Below, piece after piece: positions 49,918 to 62,248 of a stretch of 64,000 nt of DNA (positions within the stretch are counted from its first letter, which is position 1; the number at the start of each line of letters is the position of its first letter). This stretch comes from Catajapyx aquilonaris (lineage: Eukaryota): the NCBI GenBank assembly GCA_000934665.2, contig KZ538082.1:62001-126000 (forward strand), given 5' to 3'. The position numbers were made by a program, and so were the translations under genes. The notes under the pieces were generated by a model that saw only the letters and a list, made by a program, of their open reading frames with translations, was not told the DNA's origin and ran no database searches.

Positions 49918-50694
49918 CACATTGACCTGCAATAACAAACAAATCATTCAAATCTGCTGCATGGGTATCTCAGGTTTTTATATATTTCTACTTTTTCAAC
50001 TAGGAACTAGGTGGCATTTGTAATTTCTAGCGAGTTCAGAAGTTGGCCAAATGACATTAGATATTAATGTGACGTAAGTAAATCAGCAAGGGAGAAACAA
50101 AACTCTACAACACATCCATCCTGCGCTTCCAATCCCTTTCAACGTCCTCACCCATAAACCACACCTTCACCCATTCCAGGTGAGTCATTTACCTAACACT
50201 GTCCACCCCATAGTCGTCTTGAAAACACGTTTTGATAATGATTCTGACATGTTTTCTGCATGGTGAGCATCAGCGCTTGAACCAGCTGCTTGAAAATAAT
50301 ATCTCAATCTGCCCTTCATTTCTGAGTACACTATTGAACCCCATTTAAGTATTGTTCCTGGAATTCCAAATGATTTTCTTCCAAGTTCCGAGTCCTTCAG
50401 TATGGATCGTGACAGGAGCTTAAAAAATACTGCTATTGGCTCCTGGTCATAACTCTTCCATCCCAAGTTAAATAAGTAGAAACACACTAACAAAGCATCC
50501 CATCTCATGTGGCAAGCACCTACTAATTGGGCAGGAACTGGCAGGAAGTGCATGTAAAGGCAAATGTAAAGGTATCTATCGAATTAAGAATGTGTTGAGT
50601 CTGACAGTGACGTAGTGATTCATGGAATTCTAAACTCTCTCTTGTCGTGGCAGTAACTGCTGCACCAGTGAAGCAGCGGTGGAGGATTACCCAC

Positions 50695-50727
50695 CGGGTT
50701 AAAGACACCAACAGGAGGCCGTGACAT
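50695..50727 (-). CDS. CMTR2: Candidate first coding exon of CMTR2 (MSRPPVGVFNP)
   Basis: ACCATG followed by 11 codons and a phase-0 donor GTGGGT. This is in frame with the acceptor TTATTGCAG| at 49926 (VNVMDT...). A nearby GTAATC donor would instead make it a UTR/uORF exon. Confidence 0.4.
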
Positions 50728-50789
50728 GGTCGGTGTCCAGGTCTGTCGGGCGGGAGAAGAAGCGGAACCGCGGAACACTACTCGGCGCA

Positions 50790-51248
50790 CAACTCGGCCG
50801 CCATCTCAAACGAGGGTGCGTTCCTGTCGCTGCTCTCGGACCTGTCTCTTCAACTGCTCATAAGGAATGAAATTGCCAAGTAAAAAGCAAGTGATATATA
50901 ACGCAAACGGCATTTATCGGCTTGTAACATGGCAATAAATTTGTTGGAGTTTGAAGATGAGAGGGATTTGTGAGGGCACAATTGGGTATGGATCCGGCAA
51001 CGGGGGAAGAGGTAAACAAGAAGGAGGGAAAATGGCGGAAACTTGATGTCGGCGCGGAGGAGGGTGGACGGACGGACGGTCGCGCAGGAGCAACACTCTC
51101 TTTTGAAGGCAGGCACAGACGGGCCTCGGTGGCAGCACGGTTCGGTGGCACGGAGTCGGCTGGGGCCTGACTGCATGCCCCGGTGAGACGAAAGCTGGTC
51201 CATGCGGGACAGGGGATGGTGATGGACGGAGGAGGATGCCAGAAGGGG
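50790..51248. promoter_or_regulatory. Probable divergent promoter: CMTR2 (-) and the first exon of an unidentified + strand gene
   Basis: Local GC/CpG-rich island. Outward-facing YY1/Pho-type motifs AGATGGCGGC (minus, 50797-50806) and AAAATGGCGG (plus, 51029-51038). Strong donor GGG|GTGAGT after 51248. Confidence 0.5.
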
Positions 51249-51476
51249 GTGAGTGTGCCGCCGAACATGCCTCAGCAGGTCTATTGTTCACAGGGAGTGC
51301 TAATGCCGGGGGTTTTTATTGGAAAAACTGCACGTGTTAGGTCCACCCAAGTCAGGCCCCATGTGCGCCAGAGAAGAAGAAAAATATTGGTTGAGCAGTG
51401 ATGAACTAATGTTTTGCCAGTGTGAAATTAATGGGATCCACTTGTTGCTAATTACCTGCCAAACACCAAATAAATA

Positions 51477-52179
51477 CAGGGTCATCGAAAAAGAATGTCC
51501 CAATTTTAAAACCCAATAACTTGAAAACTTGTAGATATATCTCGATGATTTAAGTTTTGAAATGCTAAGAAATGCCGGAAGGTTTGGTCACACCTTAGTT
51601 TGTTTCGATATGGGCTTAATTTGTTGCTCAACAAATAAAAAAGGACTATTCGGTCTCAAGCCAAACCTACTCATATGTGGAGATACCGTTGTGATTCTAT
51701 CCTGTAGGTGTTGGAGTTGATGGGTCTTTACACCACACACATGATGATGCACATAAAAAGTCTCCTCATCCATGGAACAAACCTGCCATAGGAAAGTTTC
51801 ATTTGTTCAGCCCCCCACCCCGCCCCACACCCCAGTGTGCAAAGTTTTGAATGGGAAGTTTCCCAATGCCTAGTCCCTCCCCCAGAAGCCCAGATCTTAC
51901 CCCAATGAACTTTTTGTGAAGATACATACATGGTGAAACGATCCAGAATCTCCAGAACCTATGGGATGGGATCACAATGGGTACTTCAGACATGTCTGAT
52001 TGGATTAGGTATGACACCGATTACCGTATTTATATTTTTTGAGCCACAAATCGAGTTCATATCGAAACAAACTAAGGTGAGACCATTTATTAGCATTTCT
52101 CAACTTAAATCATTTAGATGTCTACAAGTTTTCAGAGTTACACGGTTTTAAAATTGGGACGTTCTTTTCTACGACACTG
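51477..52179. mobile_element. Tc1/mariner-type non-autonomous element with long TIRs
   Basis: TA|CAGGGTCATCGAAAAAGAATGTCCCAATTTTAAAAC ... GTTTTAAAATTGGGACGTTCTTTTCTACGACACTG|TA. Inverted similarity continues for >150 bp, e.g. CACCTTAGTTTGTTTCGATATG / CATATCGAAACAAACTAAGGTG. Confidence 0.8.
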
Positions 52180-53829
52180 TATAAGATATGTGGGTTGGAT
52201 AGTCATTTGGGAGGTCTTGAATTGGAATCTGGGTAGCTACCATGCCTGCAGTTTGGCTCGAGAATTATTTTGTGAGGGTTTCCCCCACTGCAGTTCCCTA
52301 ATGTTACGCCCTGTCTCCACAAACCTGCAGTGATAGCTTAATCATGATAAATCATTGCAATCAATCACAAAGGTGGTTTCAATAATCCCCTGTTGTAATG
52401 GCCAAACAACGACTACCATTCCTGTTATAGGCAGTCCACACCTTGCTTTTTAAATCATTATTCTCTAATTGAAAGGGTTTGGCTATGTGGAAGCATTAAT
52501 TTCTTTGCCTTGAATTCATGATATGTTGAGACATTGATGGGAGGTTAGGTAGTAGTGACAAAATTCATTGGAATAATAACACCTGACCTGATACAATCAG
52601 AGCTAGATGGTCACGAAGAAAATGTGAAAAGTAATGTATATGTGATTGGGAGCATTTTTACCCCAGAAGGTCATTCCTTGACTTCATGTTAGCAATAACT
52701 AAAAACTATCCTGATACTTGGAGCACCCAGAGCACCCAGTTGTATGTGAGCTCACATCCATGTCTGCAAAAATATTTTGCCTGCTCATTTCCAGTCACTC
52801 CTGTTGCCTCATTTTCATGTATGGGCCTATAAGTGGATTACATAAATATATGTATGCATAACTGTATGCCAAATGTTAATGTGCCCTGTGTGTGTTCCGA
52901 TCACATCTTATTACAAATTGTTGGACAAAGAAGGACATTGCAGTCACAATAATCGATGAAGTGAACAATTTCAGTACAGCTTATAAACATGCTACTGTCC
53001 ATATTACGTATAAGTGCATTGCCATTTATATCAGCATTTCTGAAGCTAATTAGTTTTCATAATGAAGATTAGCTTTTAGCTAGCACCATTTGTTGTCATA
53101 AGAAGGCCTGCTAATTAGGGATTGTTTAGGGTGGCTTAATTGTGTACTCCCCTTCCAGTCTATTGGTGCCAAGGGAGTAACAATTCACAAATGCTCACCT
53201 GCAGCAGTATCCAATCTCTCTCCCTCCCCATTTTCGAGAGTCAGTCTTAATATAATAATCCTTTGGTTAAGACTGTCAGGAAAGAAATTTAACAGAAATT
53301 AACATGCTGAAGCTAGCGAATAAAAAATTTGAAATGAGACGTGTAATGCATATTTGTGGGAGATTTTATAAAGAAGCTCTAAATAATATATTTTACCTTC
53401 ATAGCCACTTATTCTGCTTCACTAAACCTGCAATGTGTTTCTGTATGAATCCTATATACACAGAGAAGTATGTACATTGTACAGTACTTGTTTATAGTGT
53501 GGGCCCTATATCAATTACATCAGGTTGGCTCACATTGCATTGAAACAAGAACAATAAGACTTGCCGACTCCTTCCAGGGAGTAATGGTAATGATAGGCCA
53601 ATGATGCTACCAATCATTTCCCTTCAATTTATGCAGAGATCTAGTTGGTATTTTCCCTGATTTTTTTGTATATTTAATGACGAGTATGGTTTGGAGTCCA
53701 ACTGGATAGGATTACAGGAGTCAGAGTACACTACAATATTGTGCAAAAGGTTTGTCACTTTTATTTTTAACCATTCACATGGCCAAGTGATAAGAGCATA
53801 TCATTAAATGAAACCAACAGTTTCTAAAA

Positions 53830-53950
53830 TGAGCAAGCAGTGACTGAGTCTCACTGCACTGGGGAGGTCCTGGGTTCGATCTCCAGTGCCGTACAATTCC
53901 GGAATGGTCTCCATTCACACAGTTTTTCACGTGCCGTAGTTTTTTTTTGT
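53830..53950 (+). mobile_element. Degenerate tRNA-derived SINE fragment
   Basis: GGAGGTCCTGGGTTCGATCTCCAG is a tRNA T-arm/B-box-like segment. The A box is decayed and no TSD was found. Confidence 0.35.
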
Positions 53951-55229
53951 CCAATTGTCTAACTCGGAAGGTTACACAACAGTCACCCATTCAATTACTC
54001 CCCACCCATTACAATCAAATAATGAAGGTTCCACAACACCATTCGAAATGAGATTTTCGCTATCAGTCGCATGATCGGAAATTCATTTGGGCCCAACAAA
54101 GCGCACTCCAGTGTGAAGGTTGAGCCTGACTCATGCAACGAATATGATTTTCGGCGCCCCTGGTGTTGCAGAACGTAATGACAGAAACCGTAAGGTTTTG
54201 TGTGTGTGAGAGAGAGAGAGAAAGAGAGAGAGGGAGAAATCTTGTCTCCCCTACCTACCTACCAGCCGACCACCCTATGGATCGTTACCTGAGGGAAGAT
54301 ACCGTTCACTCCAGCAAACAGGAGCAATGGCCTCTTCAAGCCCAATTTGATTACGTCAGAACCTAAGAGGGGGAGAAGTGGCATCAGGGAGAAATTGATA
54401 CGATTTCTCCCGATTTTTAACTTAAACGGGACACATTTTGTGGAGGATTAATTCCAATAGTGGCATTGACCGTGATCATGAGGGGCTGGAGCGGACGAAT
54501 AGAGTGAGAGAGAGAGAGAGAGAGAGAAAATGGGGGCATGAGCCCCACACCGAACGGCTTTAGAGGGTCAGGGCCACAGGAAACCCTCTAATGTCATGAT
54601 GTTGCCCTCGACCCTTGCCATGTGACGGTGGGCGGGTGACAACCATTTTTAGAGAGAAACCCTATTTAGGGTGAGTTAATCACCGGTTTGGGGAGCTCCA
54701 GAAAAAAAAGATCAATCAAAGGATTTTCCTACGTGATTCAGGGGAATAAACTCTGACCTGACGCCACTCAGGCGTGGTCGCCATACAATCTGGCTTCCAT
54801 CTTTAACCCCCCAAAAAACACACACCCACTCGAGCAAGGTGTGGTTAGGAACAAAAGTGACCGAATTTGTGCCTGGTCACAACCTTGAGACTCCATGGGC
54901 TACACAGTAGGCTATTATTTCCAAGCTCGTTTCATTCCTTTCCATGACCGTGTGTGACGTTGCATGAGGTAGGAGACAAGCCGCCGGAAATGCCTGGGCT
55001 GATTTCTTGTGGTTTTTTCAGAAGACCCGTGGTTTGTTTACCGGGAGGAAGTGGCAGGGAATGCTCGGGTTAGGGGAGAAAATTCAGGGTTCATGGCGAT
55101 GGATTATGTTTTTTAAAAAGGTCAATAAGGCTGACCGAGAGGGGACATCCTGAAGTAAAAGATCAGCGTTTTTTTTTGTGGAGGTGTCGTATACCCAGCG
55201 GGTGGCCTATCCAGCAGGCGCCTGATTCG

Positions 55230-55470
55230 GGGAGGGCGGTGTGTCTTTTGTTCGGGGGCGGTGTCCAAGAATCGGTGAGTGGCCCGTGAGCCAGTGAGTG
55301 GGTGCAGTAGCGGAAGATGGCGGCTTGAGTGCGGTCGGATGGTTTACAGGAGCTCTCAGGTGAATTGCGCGCTTTCCAAAAAGGTGAGACGGTACACCGA
55401 ACTCTCTCCGGGAAAGCCACGTGGATTTTTGTGTTGTGAAGTGCGCGGTCTGTTGGGGTGTATCGACAGG
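55230..55470 (+). promoter_or_regulatory. Probable promoter and non-coding first exon of an unidentified + strand gene
   Basis: GC boxes (GGAGGGCGG, GGGGGCGG), YY1-type GAAGATGGCGGC at ~55312-55323, and strong donors AAG|GTGAGA (after 55383) and CAG|GTGAGT (after 55469). Confidence 0.4.
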
Positions 55471-58400
55471 TGAGTCATTCATGACCCGCTGAATTGTGGG
55501 CAACGGCACTGACCTTTTTTGGGTGAATCGGGTGGTTTGGCCTGGGGGGAACTGGTGACTTGAGACCGTGACCTCAATCTGGGTTGTTTGGGAGGGGTAG
55601 AGGTGGTGGGATGGGGACAGACGATCTGTGACGTCCTTGTCGGTCGACCTTTGTCAATTCATCGCCGCTTCACTGCACCTTCTTCCCTCTAGAAAGGGTG
55701 AGTGACCGGGTTTGCTCTCCCGACCCTTTGCCGATTTCCGCTCAAAATTTTGCACGGAGCCGATTTTTTACCTCGGAAAATTGGGGGGCCGATAAAAATT
55801 ATTCTCAAAAATTTGCACCCTCTGGCCGTTGTGTGCTTCAAAAGTCAAGGACCTCGAGACTTGTTATCACCGCGGTTCCAAAAATTGCGCCCGTTGAAAA
55901 TTGGCTAGTGTTGCGATTGAAAATTGCGATCCCAGGACTGGTTTCATATTATTTATCACTGCGCTCCCTTTGGGTATGGTAATGGGCTGGGACAAAAAGG
56001 CTGGGGCATAATTCCTCCGCGGTGTGTAATTTGGAATCGCAGTCGCACAATTTATGATGGCTTGTAATTAACGGGAAGGAGATGCTTTAAAATTCAAATG
56101 GCAAACTTGACGGACCACGGCCAGTTTAGATTGATTGGCCTTCTTTGTTTTTGTTGGGTTGCAAAGAGGAATAATATTTTGCGTGGGCAAGGTCAAGTAG
56201 GATGGCCGTGTATCCGCGGAAGTGATTGAGTACATAATGTGTGATTTTTTAAATGGGAGGAGTATAGATGAATTGTTACGATCGGGAAAAATTTTCCCCA
56301 AGTCCCGCTTCGATGGTCTGGTGCAGTCGTTGACCCGTGAAAAATAATCGAAAACAAAAATTCCCGTTAGGGTATCCTTGCCCATGGGCATAATCACCCG
56401 CCTTTTGGGGCTAGATCCAATGATTATTTTAGTGGTGCGTATATTTGTAATGAAATTGGCGTAAAATGTTTGTTTAGTGCAGGGTATAAAATCACTGCCC
56501 TTTCTCATTGTGCACAAACGGCGTTGTAACGTTGCATTTGAACCGTACTTGTTGAAGTTCAGTCAGGTATATAGCATGTCGGAAGGATCGAATTTTTCAT
56601 TTGTGTTGGCATGCTGTGCTGAAATCAGAAGAGTTTTACAAATCAGCATGGTCCACACTATCGAACTACAAATCATGTCGTACTTAGCATTTTATGTTAC
56701 TTATTTTGTTTTGGTTTTTACACACGAGGTATATTATTATTATTTTGGGCGGCCATCATGGACAAGTTGTCCCCCAACCTGCTCATTAGACAGATCCAGC
56801 CCAACCTGTTTGCGGGCAAAGAGGCTTTGTAACCAAGGCTGGAAGAGGAGGAATCGCCCTCCAGCCATTCACTACCAACCTGGCCCAACTGCCCCTCCAC
56901 TCCTTCCAAACAACCCCTTACACACACGCCTACACTTTTACTTTGAAGATTTTTGCAGGTGTGATGTGGACGATGCATCAGTGTTCAGCACAAAAGCAAG
57001 AAGTGATACAATAGCGTTTCAGGTATAGCACATAAGCTTCAGGCTTCATAACAGGTTTTCGCCAATGGTGCTTAACTACCTATTTTGTTGAGGGAAAAAA
57101 TGGCGATTATGTAACCGACGTCGAAATGTGCCCATTTCTCCATTCACCTCCATAATATATTTATATATATAAAAAAGGAGCCTTTCCAACTCTCACAGCT
57201 TCATTTCACTTGCTCAGGACCTGTCCAGTTTATACATTTTTTACGACGTGATTCAGGTCGGATTATGGTTTTGTCTCAGTCTGAAACGCGGTTGCAGCCC
57301 TCGTCCTGGGAAAAGAAACGTGGTTGTAAATTACGAAGGACGTGACAGATGTGACAACTAATTGAATATTTCGACACCGATTATGAGTCGATTGTTGCTT
57401 TTTGGTGCCACGAATGGTGATGCAATGAACAACAACAACAAAATAAATATAGAAAGGGGTTGTGTACAATGCAAAGGAGAGCGGCGCGAATTAATTAGAG
57501 CGCACAACTATTTTAAACGGTGTGTTTGAACTGCGAAAACACGTCTGGGCATAAACAGGTACGATTATCGTCTCATGGGCCCTCTATTTATAGGGCCGAA
57601 AGCACTGCAATGTTTCTCGACGTCTCTCTCTCTCTGCAAATTGCAGGTTTACAGCCCGTAACGAGCGGTATTGTGCTGGGAAGGACAGCCGACAACTATT
57701 GCATGACACACTTACACCTGCAATTACGATGACAGGGGAGTTGTGCTGCCATTTTCTGGCACTGCTGCGTAATTGAAGGTTCCAGATGGGAGGGCATATT
57801 GGCATCCATTCTCCGTATATTTCGGTCTGCCATTAATGCATCGGCTACCGTGTGGGTTGTAATGGCGAGTACACAATAGTTTGGTCGTAAATGTACCGGT
57901 ACTTCAGGCGGGGTTGTGCCGTTTCTAACCCTTTCTGTCTGGGGAGCTTTTGCCTTGGCACGGGAGGCGTGGATGGGAATTTTTAATCAGTTTGTACCAC
58001 AGGAAGGTGTTGGGGGACATTGTGTCTTGGTACTGGTTTTAGGGCATAAAAAATCTGGCAAGGACGGCTGAATAATTAGGTAATAACTGGTAATAACTCC
58101 ATCTGTAACCGGAGGCGTATCGTTAATTAGGGGTAAGGCTTGCTGTGTTTTTTTTTTGCGAGTTATTAATCGCACCCCTGTTATTATACTGTAGTTGAAG
58201 CTTTTCGAGCGTGCTTTATTGCGCAGGTTTAAGATTTTATATAGAGGACGTCATGTTTTGCGTAGAAGCGTTTGTAATTGTTTAGCTTACTTTTAGACTT
58301 TGAGCCTATGTGTCATGCGATGTGCGTATATAGGATCGTGTTTGGTGCCACTTGCAATTAGTGGATGTCGACAACCAAGGTTACCTGGACGAATGTGGGC

Positions 58401-61400
58401 TGGTCAGTTTGAATGCGCGAATGATCTTATTCATGAATCATTTTGTTCATATAGAAAGAGATGGCGTCTCCGGTAATTATAATTCGTCATTAGTAGGTTA
58501 ATTCCACATCCTGTGGAGATGATGAATTGATAGCATTTTAATAGCAAGCGAAATGGTGTCCTGGTAAATTGAAGGCGAAATGCAGCTCCATCTGAACCAT
58601 ATTTATTGGTTAATATTTTTAAGATGAGGCAATAAGCTGTTCCTGCACTGAATGACCTAATCACTGCTTACAGGTTCTCGCCATCTGAGACCGATAAAAC
58701 TAATTGCAGTCAGCAAAATAGGTCCAAACATGTGACACATATGCTCCTTAAAGAAACGGGTGCCAGGGGGAAAAACCAAACGTCGTGGGTGGCAGCAATA
58801 AGTACGACGCCAAGTTATCTGGAACACTAAACATTTATCGCAATCGCGTAATGACGTGCACCCGAATGGAATGTTTGATATCTCATTGTTGGTAGGAAGG
58901 CACCAATTTTTTTTTCAGTCTGTATATCAGGACATCAGGAGGATGTAGATGATTTTGAGGGCAAGGTCGCGAGACTGTTTATCGGTTGTTCCCGTTCTGT
59001 AAACACAGGACTATTTTTTCCGGACCAAGAAGTGGCCATTGTTTTCCCCCGCCTTGAAGCTGGCTTTCTTCCTCCGGCCATCCAGTCTTTCTCAATACCA
59101 CTGCAACGCGTATAATCAGCAGCAGTATTAATTAATGTTTTCCTATATTGGCAAAAAATTATGCGATTTCTGATGGGAATATTAGTCTATATGTTGCAGA
59201 GCCCAGCCTGTAATAGTTTTCCGGCAGTGTTTGCACGAGAGGAGGCTGCAAGGTCGTCTACCTCTCACTTCACGTTTCGTTTGCGGCCTCATCTGCGACT
59301 GGACTGGGGATGGGAAAATAGGGAAGGCATCCATCACTCCTTATACATGCCGCACCTACACTGCGTTTTTCCTGCTTTTGTCACCGGTGTTGGACAAATA
59401 TTTGTTCAAGTGATTTGAACCGGAAGAAGTTGGCGCCAGAGATTGTTTTACTTGTTAGGAGTGGATTTGTATGGGGGTGAAGACAATAATGTCGTATGAG
59501 TCAGAAATAGTTTGTAAAAAAAAAAAAATGTACAAGTTTTTTCGCATTCCCCTCCAAAAAAGCGGTTTCATGGCCCTCATTAAGATAAGTCCCGGAATTT
59601 ATTCCGGCGATGTGATCTAGAGAAGGTATGCGTCCCGGTCCACCTTGGTAACGGTAAAAGGAGGCAGGGCGATATCGGGCTAAAACTTTCACGCTGGTAC
59701 TAGAGAAGGAAGAGAGGGAAAAAAATATCGAGAGATACAGTAGACAAGGTCGCCCGTTCGCCTTCAAGCAGAAGTAAAAGGCATTTTGGATATGGGACCT
59801 TACACAGTGTGGAGCTTATTGCTTCTTGTTACCGTTTCGGGCATGACCATTGTCCTCTCGACCAAACAAGCTCATATTTTTGAGTCTTGTGAAGGGGGGG
59901 CACACTATGCCAGTTCCTGGGCTTGGTGCTTATTCAAGGTGCCCGTGAATAATGGGGAGAAATTTATTTTTCATCGGTTGATTACGCACGGCCTCGCTGT
60001 AGCATGCAGTTTTCATTTGTAACGGCAGTGGCCAGAACTTGGATGCATTATTGAGAGAATTTGGATGGATTGCCACCTCTCTGCTATTGTCGTCTGGTGA
60101 CAGCCACTGGAAAAGCATGTTAAAACTACATGGCGTGAGAATCGGGCATGATAAAGTGATAATAAATCAAATCAGGTTTTTTAATGACCATTATATTGGC
60201 CATGTTTATGCTCACCTAAACGGGATATTACCTTGGCCAGCACGATTGAATATGCTTATCTATTACTCTTTTTTTTTTCCTTCGCTGACATTGTAAATAA
60301 CGTATGGCGTCCCTTTTATGTACACTGACCCGCACCTTGACTGGAAGATTGAACCTGGCATCAGGGAAAAAAACAAAATAAAATTGAATACTCCTTTGTT
60401 GTCACCGGCTGCCAATTTAAACTGGCTGATTTGGTATTCGCTCAACGTGTGTGGAGATATTGCCGATTGATTTGAAGGTCACAGCTCCCTCGCTCAGGTT
60501 TAGTGTTATCGTGTCCAGCAGTGCGTGTTGAACCACTAACGGTATAAGAAAACGACATGATTGAATAATGGCTCTCGGGTGAGATGTGCTATCACAATCC
60601 TGTTGGCTGCGCGAGAAAAGAGGACTCATTGTCTGGCGTCAGGAAAAATGAAGGGCTTATTTCCAAAGCCTGCCGTTCATCATTTAAAAAAAAAAAACTT
60701 TCATGGACAAGTGTGGTTCAGATATTGGGCTTCAGCGCGACAGAAAAATGAGACATTCTGCTGTCACGTGGGGCCTGGGAGGTTCGGGCCTCGGACCCTA
60801 TAGGGGGGGGGGGGGGGTTAGGTAAGGAAAGAACGCAACCTTACACACTGTCGGAAATGTTGGACAGTCATGTGACCATCAGGAACTATCAGTAATGGGT
60901 GTTGATCGGACAGTATTTTGGCAGGTTCAACCGATGACCAGCACCGGTGACGTCATTTCATTGAACAATGTCCACCGGCACGACCGGAGTGCTAAAAGCA
61001 TTTTTACGGACTTGAAACGTGAAGCGCACGTAACTCATAAATACGGGCGTGGGGGCGTTGTTTGTAAGCACTTGAGGGTGTATAATAGGCAATAACCCAA
61101 GGAGTCGGCAACATCCCAGCGGACTGGAAGGGTCGTGAAAACAATATTTCCACAGAAGGAGGCAGCTGCAAGGTGCAGAGAGAAGGGACTGGAGTAATGA
61201 GAAGTGTGTTGGTGAAGTTTATCAGGCGACAGATGCGTGGTTTTGTGAAAACAAATATAATGAAAGGGGGCGGCAACCTTCGTCCGTCGTAAATGCGACT
61301 ACCTGAGGGAAGGACAGGGGAATGGAAGATGCAAGGACGGACTATAACCAGACATTTTCCTGTGTGGGAAACCGGATTCATATCTCCTGTTCGGTTTCAT

Positions 61401-62180
61401 TCAGAAGAATGTACCGTTTTGCTTTGTGGCCAGGGAGGTATAACAAGACCTTCGTTCAGCGTGAGTCACTTATCGATGATTTTCTGGTGGTGATTTCACA
61501 CGTAAGGTGTACTTGTAGGCCGATTATGTGGATTACTTTTTTTAGGTTTGGAAAATGACAAAATATCCCAAATCTGAACTGTTCCTGTGTTGTCAACCTT
61601 GGTTTACCAGCTGGGAGTGTACGCATCGCAACTTGTGCAAAAAAACAAAGAACAAAAAAAACGTCACGCACGTGCGTGAAGGATAAAATTGTGGGAAGGC
61701 TACCACCCCTCACCTGCGACCATTATTTTTTAAGTTGCATGATCCGCTTTTGTTGCAAGTGGAAGTGTTTCCGTTCCCAACTGTAGCGAGAGGGGGGGGG
61801 GGGNGGGGGGGGTGTATTGTGGGAGCGTATAGTTGACCACCTTATATAGCCTAAACCCCCTCCGGGGTTCTAAGGATCGTGATAGGGGGATTTGCACTGG
61901 AATAATAATATAAAAAAATAGAGCCGGGAGGACATGGAGGACTTTGGTATCTGAATGGAGCGTTGCCAAGTGTGGCCGGACTGGTTTTGGGCGTGGGCCC
62001 TGTCTTTGGGGGAAACGAGGCAACACTGCCAGGTTTGGGAGTGTATGTGGGGAGGTGAGGTGAATGAGAATGAGGCCCAGAGTGAAGAACAAAGAGGGGG
62101 GAGAAAGAATAAACCTAGAGGACGCCGTTTTGCCAAGCATCGCCTTTTTTGGCTCCGGGGGTCATTGCTGTTATAGCGAT

Positions 62181-62248
62181 TATTTGCAAGATTCCGACAT
62201 TAGTATAGTGTCGGAATCTTGCAAATACCTATAGTATACTATAGGTAT
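62181..62248. repeat. Compound palindrome: 19-bp-stem hairpin overlapping a 24-bp perfect palindrome
   Basis: TATTTGCAAGATTCCGACA (62181-62199) pairs with TGTCGGAATCTTGCAAATA (62209-62227). ATACCTATAGTATACTATAGGTAT (62225-62248) is self-complementary. Confidence 0.9.

Noticed and set aside
56068..57028. 149-aa and 183-aa ORFs as genes
   Set aside because: There is no recognisable family and the composition is intron-like. Only a 64-nt internal segment has plausible splice sites.
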